From: Acidobacteriota bacterium
GTDB taxonomy: Bacteria > Acidobacteriota > Vicinamibacteria > Vicinamibacterales > UBA2999
Reading direction: 5' to 3'
NCBI GenBank assembly: GCA_009694735.1
Contig: SHUG01000005.1
Location: 1,390 to 65,389 of the forward strand
Length of the DNA: 64,000 nucleotides
The translations under genes were made by a program, and so were the position numbers. This document shows, piece by piece, positions 18,798-25,906 of this stretch (the stretch's first letter is position 1; every line of letters starts with the position of its first letter). The notes under the pieces were generated by a model. That model saw only the letters and a program-made list of their open reading frames with translations, did not search any database and had not been told where the DNA came from.

Positions 18798-18836
18798 TCG
18801 GTATTTCTCTCTGCGCAATCTGCGTCATCTGTGGCC
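18741..18836. repeat. 96-bp element with 26-bp inverted arms and a 44-bp AT-rich core containing a start codon
   Basis: GGCCACAGATGACACAGATAACGCAG (18741-18766) versus the reverse complement of 18811-18836: 23/26 identical. ATG 18797 lies in the core. Confidence 0.8.
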
Positions 18837-18916
18837 CTGGTCTCGTCGTTCCGCGTTCATTCTACTAGCCCAGGCCCCAGGGACGAAATTGGCCGCGGAT
18901 ACCTTAGGATGTGAGC

Positions 18917-20185
18917 ATGAAACTCGGGCTATGGCTGGGTTTGGGAGCCCTGGCGGCCGCCTCTGTGGCGGCAGCCCCTGCCGACGTGAAAATGCTCGAG
19001 GTCACCGGCGAAGGCGCCAAGTACTGGTCACGCTGGCGCGGACCGTCGGGGCAAGGACAAGTGCCCGCCGGGCAATACACCGATCGCTGGTCACCGACCA
19101 CCAGCGTCCAGTGGAAGGCTGCGGTGCCCGGCCGCGGCAACTCGTCGCCCATTGTGTGGGGTGATCGCATCTTCCTGACCACGGCCCGCGACCAGGGCCT
19201 GCGCCTCTCGATGCTCGCGTTCTCTCGCAAGGACGGCGCGAAGATCTGGGAGACCGACATCCCGCGGAACGGCGTCGAGTACCCGCACGAGAAAAACGGA
19301 TACGCCTCGGCCACCGCCGCGACCGACGGCGAACTGGTCTACGCGTCGTTCGGCCGGCACGGCCTCGCGGCGTTCGACTTCAACGGCAAGATCGTGTGGC
19401 ACCGCAAGTTCGGCATCATCGACAACTACCACGGGCCTGCCGGCTCGCCCGTGCTCTATAGGGACCGCGTGTTCATCTACCAGGACGCCAACCCCGCGCC
19501 TGGTCAACGCGCCTTCGTCGGCGCCTTCGACAAGAAGACCGGCAAGACCATTTGGGAAACGCCGCGCAGCGAAACCGTGGGCTGGGGCACCGCCGTCGTG
19601 ATCAATACCGGAGAGCGCGATGAGCTGGTGGTCAGCAGCCAGCGCCGGGTCGCCGCCTACGATCCCGAGACCGGCAAGGAGCTCTGGACCGTTCGCGGCA
19701 TGACCTTCGAGGTCATCCCGACGCCGGTCGTCGGTCACGGCCTGGTCTTCGCTTCGTCGGGACGCGCGGGTCCGACGATGGCAATCAAACCTGGCGGCAG
19801 TGGCGACGTGACCGCCACGCACGTGGCCTGGAGTTCGCCGAAGGGCTCGCCGTTTGTTCCGTCGGGCATCGTCGTGGGCGACCTGCTATACCTGATCAAC
19901 GACATGCAGAGCATCCTCACGGTTCATGAAGCCGCAACCGGCACGCTGGTGTACCAGAACCGCCTGGGTGTCGCGCAGCGAGAGGGCTTCTCGGCCTCGC
20001 CGGTTCACGTGAACGGCAAGATCTTCTTCACCAATGACGATGGGCAGACGTTCGTCGTGGAGGCGGGCCGCTCGTTCAAGCTGCTGCACGTGAACGAACT
20101 TGGCGCCCGCACGCTGGCATCGCCCGCTCTTGTGGATGGCACGTGGTACTGGCGCACCGACGAGGCGTTGCTCGCGATCAGGTAA
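18917..20185 (+). CDS. PQQ-like (BamB-type) beta-propeller repeat protein, secreted
   Basis: Repeated propeller blades with W/G-D motifs. Signal peptide MKLGLWLGLGALAAA from ATG 18917 (track start GTG 18911). Confidence 0.8.
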   Translation: MKLGLWLGLGALAAASVAAAPADVKMLEVTGEGAKYWSRWRGPSGQGQVPAGQYTDRWSPTTSVQWKAAVPGRGNSSPIVWGDRIFLTTARDQGLRLSMLAFSRKDGAKIWETDIPRNGVEYPHEKNGYASATAATDGELVYASFGRHGLAAFDFNGKIVWHRKFGIIDNYHGPAGSPVLYRDRVFIYQDANPAPGQRAFVGAFDKKTGKTIWETPRSETVGWGTAVVINTGERDELVVSSQRRVAAYDPETGKELWTVRGMTFEVIPTPVVGHGLVFASSGRAGPTMAIKPGGSGDVTATHVAWSSPKGSPFVPSGIVVGDLLYLINDMQSILTVHEAATGTLVYQNRLGVAQREGFSASPVHVNGKIFFTNDDGQTFVVEAGRSFKLLHVNELGARTLASPALVDGTWYWRTDEALLAIR

Positions 20186-20191
20186 TGTGGA

Positions 20192-20243
20192 GGCAACCCT
20201 TCCTTGTCCACCGAAGCGCTGGCGCGAAGGTGGAAGGGTTGCC
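20192..20243. terminator. long hairpin between convergent genes
   Basis: 12-bp perfect stem GGCAACCCTTCC / GGAAGGGTTGCC with a partly paired interior. Followed by TATTT. Confidence 0.5.
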
Positions 20244-20950
20244 TATTTCATCTGCACGGTCAGGTCGGTGGGCTTGCCGGCTGCCACCGTAATCCTCTGC
20301 GGCGCACTCTTCAGCGCCTCGTGCCAGAAGCGGAGTTCGTAGGTGCCGGGCGGCACGTTGTCGATCGAGAACCGCCCGTCCGCGCCCGTCACGACCGCGG
20401 CATCGGCGGTCACCACCAGCCACCCGCGCATCCATGGATGCGTGTTGCAGCTCAGGCGCACATTCCCGGCGTTGCCAATCGGCTTCGTGATCGTGAGCCC
20501 GGCGATCGGCAGCGCCACGTTGAACAGCGTGCGCCCGTTCTCGAGCTGCGCGTTGGTGGTGTGAAGAATCGGGTCCTTGCTGGTCGTCTTCACGTTCGCA
20601 TTGGGCCGCGCGATCTGCACGCGCGGGGCGAAGGCGCACTTGTCGTTCGTGATCGTGGGCTCAGCGGCGGCCGCGCGCTTGCCCTGAGCGAGCGTCAATG
20701 AGTCGAAGGGCTTGACGCCGGTGAGCACCACGACGGCATTGGCCAGCCGGCCTTGGGCATCGACGACCACGGCCTGGTCGGCCAGCTCCGCGCCGCACAC
20801 CTTTTGATCGATCGTCACGCGAACCGGAGCCAGGCTCTTGGCCGTGGTGGTGATCGTGCCGGTGACGCTACCGGCCTGCGCGAATGCGGCCGACGCTAGC
20901 GCCGCGCACGCAATGGTTCCAAGAATTCCCAGAGCAAATAGCCGACCCAT
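20243..20950 (-). CDS. cupredoxin-like blue-copper protein fused to a carboxypeptidase-regulatory-like domain
   Basis: Start ATG 20950 (signal peptide MGRLFALGIL). Candidate type-1 Cu ligands are H in DPILHTTN and C-x2-H-x2-M in SCNTHPWM. C-terminal TGADGRFSIDNVPPGTYEL. Confidence 0.7.
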   Translation of the reverse strand: MGRLFALGILGTIACAALASAAFAQAGSVTGTITTTAKSLAPVRVTIDQKVCGAELADQAVVVDAQGRLANAVVVLTGVKPFDSLTLAQGKRAAAAEPTITNDKCAFAPRVQIARPNANVKTTSKDPILHTTNAQLENGRTLFNVALPIAGLTITKPIGNAGNVRLSCNTHPWMRGWLVVTADAAVVTGADGRFSIDNVPPGTYELRFWHEALKSAPQRITVAAGKPTDLTVQMK

Positions 20951-22026
20951 GACACAACCCTCTCGCCGCGATACTTGACTGGAATCGAGGCGCCGAGCGA
21001 TGCGGCAAGCGCGCCCGTGCCGGTAAGGCCCTTGCGAATCTGCGGAGTGACCCACAATTCCCGATTCTCGCCGTTCAGCTCGACACCCAGGGTCCAGGTA
21101 TTGGGTGCTGCGCTGGTGTCGCGCCCGACGTACACATTGTAGAGATACGCGCGATCAACCAACGTGTCGACAGGCAGCTCCACTTTGCCATGCGCCTGGA
21201 CGTACCAGTCGCCCACCATCGTGCCGGCGGCGATGAACGGCTCAAAGACGACGGTGCCTTTGCCGAACCCCTTGTACAACTCTCCGGTTGGCAGCGTGGC
21301 TTCGAGACCGAACGAGACAATGCGCGGCGTTGTCGTGCTGGCGTATGCGGCGTATTTGATGGCCACCGCCAGGTCGCCGATCGCTGAGGCGCGCGAGGTT
21401 TGAAAGTCCCAGTTGTAGAACGGGATGCCGACTTCGTACATCGCTCGCCGGCCGATCCGGCGTTCGTAGACCGCGACGAGACCGACGTCGGTCGCTGACG
21501 CCGAACTGGGTTCGGTGGCGTGGCTGACGACGGGCAGAAGCAGGAACTCATTCTCCGGAAATGCCTTCTCGGTGATGATCGGCCGCGGGAAGTTGGCATT
21601 CCCGCTGGGCCACCTGGCCTCTTTGCAGAAGCCGCGCATGTGCTTCACGAATCCGGAAATCTGCTCGCGCGTCAGGGAGTCTTCGAAACCGGGCATCTCG
21701 GGCGACAGGCCCACACCGGGTCCGCCCTTCGCGATCGCCCGTGCCCAGTCAGCATCTGGTTCGGGTGTCGTCACCTTGCACTCGGTGAAGTCCATCGGTT
21801 CGACGGTGATAGTGGGCTCTTTAACCTTGCCGCTGCCATCGTCGGCATGACAGCGTGCGCACCAAGCGCTCCACATCTCTGCAACGGTCGTGGGCGTCGG
21901 CCCGCCTACGCTCGACTGTTGTTCGGCGAGCTTCGGCGCGGTCGCGCCGTAGCGGCTTTCGGCCGCGGAGGCGGATTGGTTAACCGTCTGGCCAAGGACC
22001 AGCACCGCGAGAACGAGGGAAATCAA
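20896..22026 (-). CDS. c-type cytochrome domain fused to a putative outer-membrane beta-barrel (MetA/phenol-pathway-like)
   Basis: CARCH heme motif (codons 21861-21847) with a later EMPGF Met. The C-terminal 250 aa have alternating beta-strand character. TTG start. 55-nt overlap with the downstream gene. Confidence 0.65.
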   Translation of the reverse strand: MISLVLAVLVLGQTVNQSASAAESRYGATAPKLAEQQSSVGGPTPTTVAEMWSAWCARCHADDGSGKVKEPTITVEPMDFTECKVTTPEPDADWARAIAKGGPGVGLSPEMPGFEDSLTREQISGFVKHMRGFCKEARWPSGNANFPRPIITEKAFPENEFLLLPVVSHATEPSSASATDVGLVAVYERRIGRRAMYEVGIPFYNWDFQTSRASAIGDLAVAIKYAAYASTTTPRIVSFGLEATLPTGELYKGFGKGTVVFEPFIAAGTMVGDWYVQAHGKVELPVDTLVDRAYLYNVYVGRDTSAAPNTWTLGVELNGENRELWVTPQIRKGLTGTGALAASLGASIPVKYRGERVVSWVGYLLWEFLEPLRARR

Positions 22027-22100
22027 CCTTGAGACTATGCCGGACTGGGCCGCGAATCGCCAAAGATGAGATGGCGTCGCACGGTGCCCAGTGACTAGAC

Positions 22101-22129
22101 TTGCATGAGAGCGATGAAGTAGGTAAAAT
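22101..22129 (+). promoter_or_regulatory. sigma70-like promoter of the phd-vapC pair
   Basis: TTGCAT (22101-22106), 17-nt spacer, TAAAAT (22124-22129). An AAGGAG Shine-Dalgarno sequence follows before ATG 22152. Confidence 0.55.
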
Positions 22130-22151
22130 AACTACTTTAAGGAGCAAGGTG

Positions 22152-22397
22152 ATGGGCATCGCTATCTCGGCCGCTACTGCCAATCGCGACTTCTCAGCGC
22201 TGCTTCGGAAGGTGCGCGGCGGAGCCTCGTTTGTCGTGACCTCTCATGGACGACCCGTAGCCCGGATTGTGCCGGTAGCCGACGGCGCCGCTGTAGCAGG
22301 AACGGCCAGAAATACGTTGTTTCATCGGCTGGCGGCTGCGCGGGTGGTCGATGCCGGCCGCTGGAACCGCGATGAGCTTTACGAGGACGAACGATGA
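22152..22397 (+). CDS. Phd/YefM-family antitoxin
   Basis: 81 aa. DFSALLRKVRGGASFVVTSHGRPVARIVP is a typical Phd N-terminal fold. ATGA overlap with the toxin. Confidence 0.8.
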   Translation: MGIAISAATANRDFSALLRKVRGGASFVVTSHGRPVARIVPVADGAAVAGTARNTLFHRLAAARVVDAGRWNRDELYEDER

Positions 22398-22840
22398 ACG
22401 TGGCGGTCGACACGAACATTCTCGCCTATGCTGAAGGCGTCAACGGCTTGCAGAACAAGCAGGCGGCCATCGCGCTGCTGCAGGCGCTGCCCCCAGAGTC
22501 GACGCTGCTGCCGGTCCAGGCCCTGGGCGAGCTGTTTTCTGTTCTCGTCCGCAAGGCCCGCAGGTCGCGGGCCGACGCGTCTGCCGCCGTGCTCAGTTGG
22601 GGCGATGCCTTTCCGCTGATCGAGACCTCGAACGACGTGTTGCTGGCGGCGACGGACCTGGCTCAGGCGCATCAGCTGAGCCTCTGGGACGCCGTGATGC
22701 TGTCGGCGGCGGCCGATGCGCGGTGCCGGCTGCTGCTCTCCGAAGATCTCCAGGATGGATTCACCTGGCGCGGTGTGACCGTCACCAATCCGTTTGCGTC
22801 GCGGCGACACCCCCTGCTCGAAGCGCTGATCAGCACCTGA
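22394..22840 (+). CDS. vapC: PIN-domain toxin VapC
   Basis: 148 aa. VAVDTNILAY start and later acidic residues (LWDAVM, LLSED). Confidence 0.85.
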   Translation: MNVAVDTNILAYAEGVNGLQNKQAAIALLQALPPESTLLPVQALGELFSVLVRKARRSRADASAAVLSWGDAFPLIETSNDVLLAATDLAQAHQLSLWDAVMLSAAADARCRLLLSEDLQDGFTWRGVTVTNPFASRRHPLLEALIST

Positions 22841-22880
22841 CCACTCATTGGTCTGAAACGACCACTCATTGGTCTGAAGA
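22839..22880. repeat. two tandem 21-bp units, each holding the palindrome GACCA-N5-TGGTC
   Basis: GACCACTCATTGGTCTGAA is exact at 22839-22857 and 22860-22878. Located 58 nt upstream of the TonB-dependent receptor start. Confidence 0.8.
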
Positions 22881-22937
22881 GGCCGCCAGGCCGCAAGTGA
22901 TGGACGCATCGCGTCCTCCCAGATACCCTTTGGGGTC

Positions 22938-25112
22938 ATGTTCCGTTACCACTTCGCTCTTCTGGCAACTGCCCTCGTCGTCTTGGCACTGATCGCAACC
23001 CCACTTGCGGCTCAAACTGTTACCACCTTAAGCGGCAGGGTGACCCAGGGCGCGAACAACCTGCCGATGGCCGGCGCGCTGGTCGTGATCGACGAGTTGC
23101 GGCGCGAAGTGCGCGCCGACGAGCAAGGCAATTACGTCTTCGCCGCCGTGCCGCCCGGTCCGTATCACGTCGGGGTACGGGCCGAAGGCTACACTACCAA
23201 GCGCACCAAGGTGACGGTGGGCGCCACGCCGACGACGCTCAATCTGTCGATCGATTTCGATCTGCACTTTGCCGAGGTGCTGTCAGTCAGCCCCAATGCG
23301 CGTCCGCAGTTCGAGTCGTACCAGCCGACCACCGTGCTCGATGGGCAGGAGCTGACGAAGAACCTCGAGTCCACGCTGGCGGCGACGTTGTCGGAGGCAC
23401 CCGGCGTGGCGCTGCGCGAATTTGGACCGGGGCCGGCGCGGCCGATCATTCGCGGCCTCGACGGCGATCGAGTGGCCGTGCTCGAGGATGGCCAGCGGAT
23501 GGGTGACCTGTCGAGCCAGTCTGGCGATCACTCGGTGCCCACCAACCCGGCCGCCGCCAGGAGGATTGAAGTGGTTCGTGGGCCGGCCACGCTTCTCTAC
23601 GGCGCCAACGCGATCGGCGGCCTGGTCAACGTGATCACCGACTCGATCCCCAGCGAGAAATCGCAGGGCGCGTCGGGCAACATCACCATGAACTACGGGA
23701 GCAACGCGGGTGCCGCCGGTGGCGCCGGCGACATCCACGTCGGCAACGGGAAGTTTGCGCTGCACTTTGGCGGCGCCGGCACTCGGGCAGGCAACTACAC
23801 CACGCCCGAGGGCGACGTGCCGAACTCCGAATCGCGCACCGCCATGGGCCAGGTCGGCGCGGCCTGGACGGGAGAGAAGTCGTACCTCGGGGCCAGCTAC
23901 GGCTACGACGATTCAAAGTACGGCATCCCGGTGGTCGAAGACGGCAGCATCAGCCTTACGCCCAAGCGCCACTCGTTCAGCGCGCGCGCCGGCGGCAAGA
24001 ACCTCGGCGGCTGGCTGCAATCGTATCGGGCCACCCTCGGCGTCCGCCGCTACGAGCACTCCGAATTGCAAGGCACCGCGGTCGGCACGACGTTCCACAA
24101 CGACACGCTCGAGGGCGAGGCGCTGTTGTCGCACAAGCGGTTGGGCAGGCTGATTGGCAGCTTCGGCGGCTGGTTCATGAATCGCGCGTTCGACGCCATT
24201 GGCGTCGAGGCGCTGTCGCCGCCAGTCGACCAGCGCGCGTATGCCGGCTTCCTGTATGAAGAAGTGGAATCGCCGCACGCCACGCTCCAGTTTGGCGGGC
24301 GCCTCGATCACACCAGGTACGAACCGGAGGGTGGACTGCGCGCGCGCGACTTCACCGAATTTTCTGGATCACTCGGCCTGTTGATCAAGCCGCAGGCCGC
24401 CAAGGACAATTTCGTCGTCGCGCTCAATCTGGCGCGGGCGGCGCGCTACCCCGCCCTTGAAGAGCTGTATTACTTCGGTCCCCACCCGGGAAACCTGGCC
24501 TTCGAAATCGGCAACGATAGCCTGGGAGTCGAGCACGCCCTCGGCTTCGACCTCTCATTGCGCGGACGGGGCGAGCGCTTTGAAGGCGAGCTGAGTTTCT
24601 TCCGCAACGACATCACCAACTACATCTTCCGGCAGCCCACCGGCGACATCAAGGAGGACTTTCCCGTGGTCCGCAACATCGCCGCCGACAGCGTGTTGAT
24701 GGGCGTCGAGGCGCACGGCGACGTCAGGCTTGGTCATGGGCTGACGCTGGAAATGACCTACGACTGGGTGCAGGGCGAGTTAAAGGCGTCGGGAGCCGCG
24801 CTTCCGCGCATTCCGCCATTCCGCGTGCTGGGCGGGCTCACCTATCAGAAGAACGCGTTCCAGGCCGGGGCCAGCATGCGGGCGGTGTCTGAGCAGACGC
24901 GCGTGTTTGGCAATGAGACCACGACCGGCGGCTACGTCACCGGCAAGGCGTTCGCCTCGTATTCATTCGAGCGTGGTGGGGTGCTCAACACCGTGACCGC
25001 CCGGCTCGACAACGCCACCGACAAGCTGTATCGCAATCACCTGAACTACTTGAAGGACGTGCTGCCGGAAGTGGGCCGCAGCTTCAAGCTGGTCTACGCG
25101 CTGGGTTTTTAA
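22938..25112 (+). CDS. TonB-dependent receptor with carboxypeptidase-regulatory-like N-terminal domain
   Basis: 724 aa. Signal peptide, CarboxypepD_reg-like segment, plug motifs (IEVVRGPATLLYG). Terminal aromatic residue ...YALGF. Confidence 0.9.
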   Translation: MFRYHFALLATALVVLALIATPLAAQTVTTLSGRVTQGANNLPMAGALVVIDELRREVRADEQGNYVFAAVPPGPYHVGVRAEGYTTKRTKVTVGATPTTLNLSIDFDLHFAEVLSVSPNARPQFESYQPTTVLDGQELTKNLESTLAATLSEAPGVALREFGPGPARPIIRGLDGDRVAVLEDGQRMGDLSSQSGDHSVPTNPAAARRIEVVRGPATLLYGANAIGGLVNVITDSIPSEKSQGASGNITMNYGSNAGAAGGAGDIHVGNGKFALHFGGAGTRAGNYTTPEGDVPNSESRTAMGQVGAAWTGEKSYLGASYGYDDSKYGIPVVEDGSISLTPKRHSFSARAGGKNLGGWLQSYRATLGVRRYEHSELQGTAVGTTFHNDTLEGEALLSHKRLGRLIGSFGGWFMNRAFDAIGVEALSPPVDQRAYAGFLYEEVESPHATLQFGGRLDHTRYEPEGGLRARDFTEFSGSLGLLIKPQAAKDNFVVALNLARAARYPALEELYYFGPHPGNLAFEIGNDSLGVEHALGFDLSLRGRGERFEGELSFFRNDITNYIFRQPTGDIKEDFPVVRNIAADSVLMGVEAHGDVRLGHGLTLEMTYDWVQGELKASGAALPRIPPFRVLGGLTYQKNAFQAGASMRAVSEQTRVFGNETTTGGYVTGKAFASYSFERGGVLNTVTARLDNATDKLYRNHLNYLKDVLPEVGRSFKLVYALGF

Positions 25113-25115
25113 GGG

Positions 25116-25137
25116 CAACCCCAACGAAGGGGTTGCT
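25116..25137. terminator. hairpin GCAACCCC-AACGAA-GGGGTTGC between convergent genes
   Basis: 8-bp GC-rich stem immediately after stop 25110-25112. No clear T-run. Confidence 0.45.
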
Positions 25138-25531
25138 AGTTCCTGCCCGGCTGCACGACCCGCAACCGGTGCTCTCGTGCCGCGGTTGCGAGACGCTCAT
25201 CGTACGTGATGAACTCCACCTCGTCGTCTATGGCGAGTGCCGTGGCCAGGTGAATGGCGTCGAGCGATCGCAGCGTCGGCGACTCCAGGTTCCCGGCTGC
25301 CACGCAGATCGCGGCACTCAGTCCCAGCAGGAAGAACCCGCGCATAGGTTCGGCGGCGGGCGGAGGCGTTGCCCGCACCCGCTTAAGCGCGCGAGTTACT
25401 TCGATTCCGGCGACAATCGACGTTGAGGCCTCGATCTCGTCGGTGTCGAGGTAATCGATGAGCGCCAACGACTCGCGCTCAAGACGCTCGAGCTTGACGA
25501 TCGCCGACGAATCAAAATACGCGACCCTCAC
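25136..25531 (-). CDS. vapC: PIN-domain toxin VapC
   Basis: 131 aa. VAYFDSSAIVKL start and SLDAIHLATAL. GTGA overlap with the antitoxin stop. Confidence 0.8.
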   Translation of the reverse strand: MRVAYFDSSAIVKLERLERESLALIDYLDTDEIEASTSIVAGIEVTRALKRVRATPPPAAEPMRGFFLLGLSAAICVAAGNLESPTLRSLDAIHLATALAIDDEVEFITYDERLATAAREHRLRVVQPGRN

Positions 25532-25836
25532 AGCCGTTCTTCGCGCAGTTCCGCGATGACGTCTTCACTGGGAGGCGTATCCGGCAGACCGGGCTCTGGC
25601 GGCGGAAGGCCGCGGAGCGATCGCGTTGGCGGTGTGGCGCGGCCTTCGCCCACCAGGCGTTCAAGGGTGCTCAGCTTGGCTGCCGGCAGCGGCACCAGGA
25701 GGGCGACCACATGGCCGTACTCGGTCACGCCCAGCGTTTCCCCGAGTTTGACCCGATCGACATAGATGGAGAGATTCTGGCGTAATTCACGAACGCCAAC
25801 CGTGTCAGGGCCACGCCGTGCGTTTTGGACGTCCAT
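25528..25836 (-). CDS. Phd/YefM-type antitoxin
   Basis: Start ATG 25836. VGVRELRQNLSIYVDRVKLGETLGVTEYGHVVALLVP is Phd-like. Pro-rich C-terminal tail. Confidence 0.75.
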   Translation of the reverse strand: MDVQNARRGPDTVGVRELRQNLSIYVDRVKLGETLGVTEYGHVVALLVPLPAAKLSTLERLVGEGRATPPTRSLRGLPPPEPGLPDTPPSEDVIAELREERL

Positions 25837-25838
25837 GA

Positions 25839-25857
25839 TGTAGCACAGTGTAGCACA
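25839..25857 (-). promoter_or_regulatory. direct repeat TGTGCTACA x2 (period 10) abutting the antitoxin start; putative operator
   Basis: The minus strand reads TGTGCTACACTGTGCTACATCATG. Confidence 0.4.
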
Positions 25858-25888
25858 AAACGGGTTGCCCCAGACAAGAGGCAACCCG
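25855..25888 (-). terminator. intrinsic terminator of the TonB-dependent receptor gene
   Basis: On the minus strand, CGGGTTGCC-N10-GGCAACCCG (9-bp stem) is followed by TTTTG, 19 nt after stop 25907. Confidence 0.6.
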
Positions 25889-25906
25889 CCGTGCTGTTTT
25901 CGGCGG

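Noticed and set aside
22839-22880. Fur box upstream of the TonB-dependent receptor
   Set aside because: The sequence GACCACTCATTGGTC lacks the GATAATGATAATCATTATC-type AT-rich hexamer pattern.
22152-25836. TonB-dependent receptor bracketed by two inward-facing Phd-VapC modules as a composite mobile unit
   Set aside because: The two TA pairs share no sequence similarity. There are no terminal inverted repeats, target duplications or transposase.
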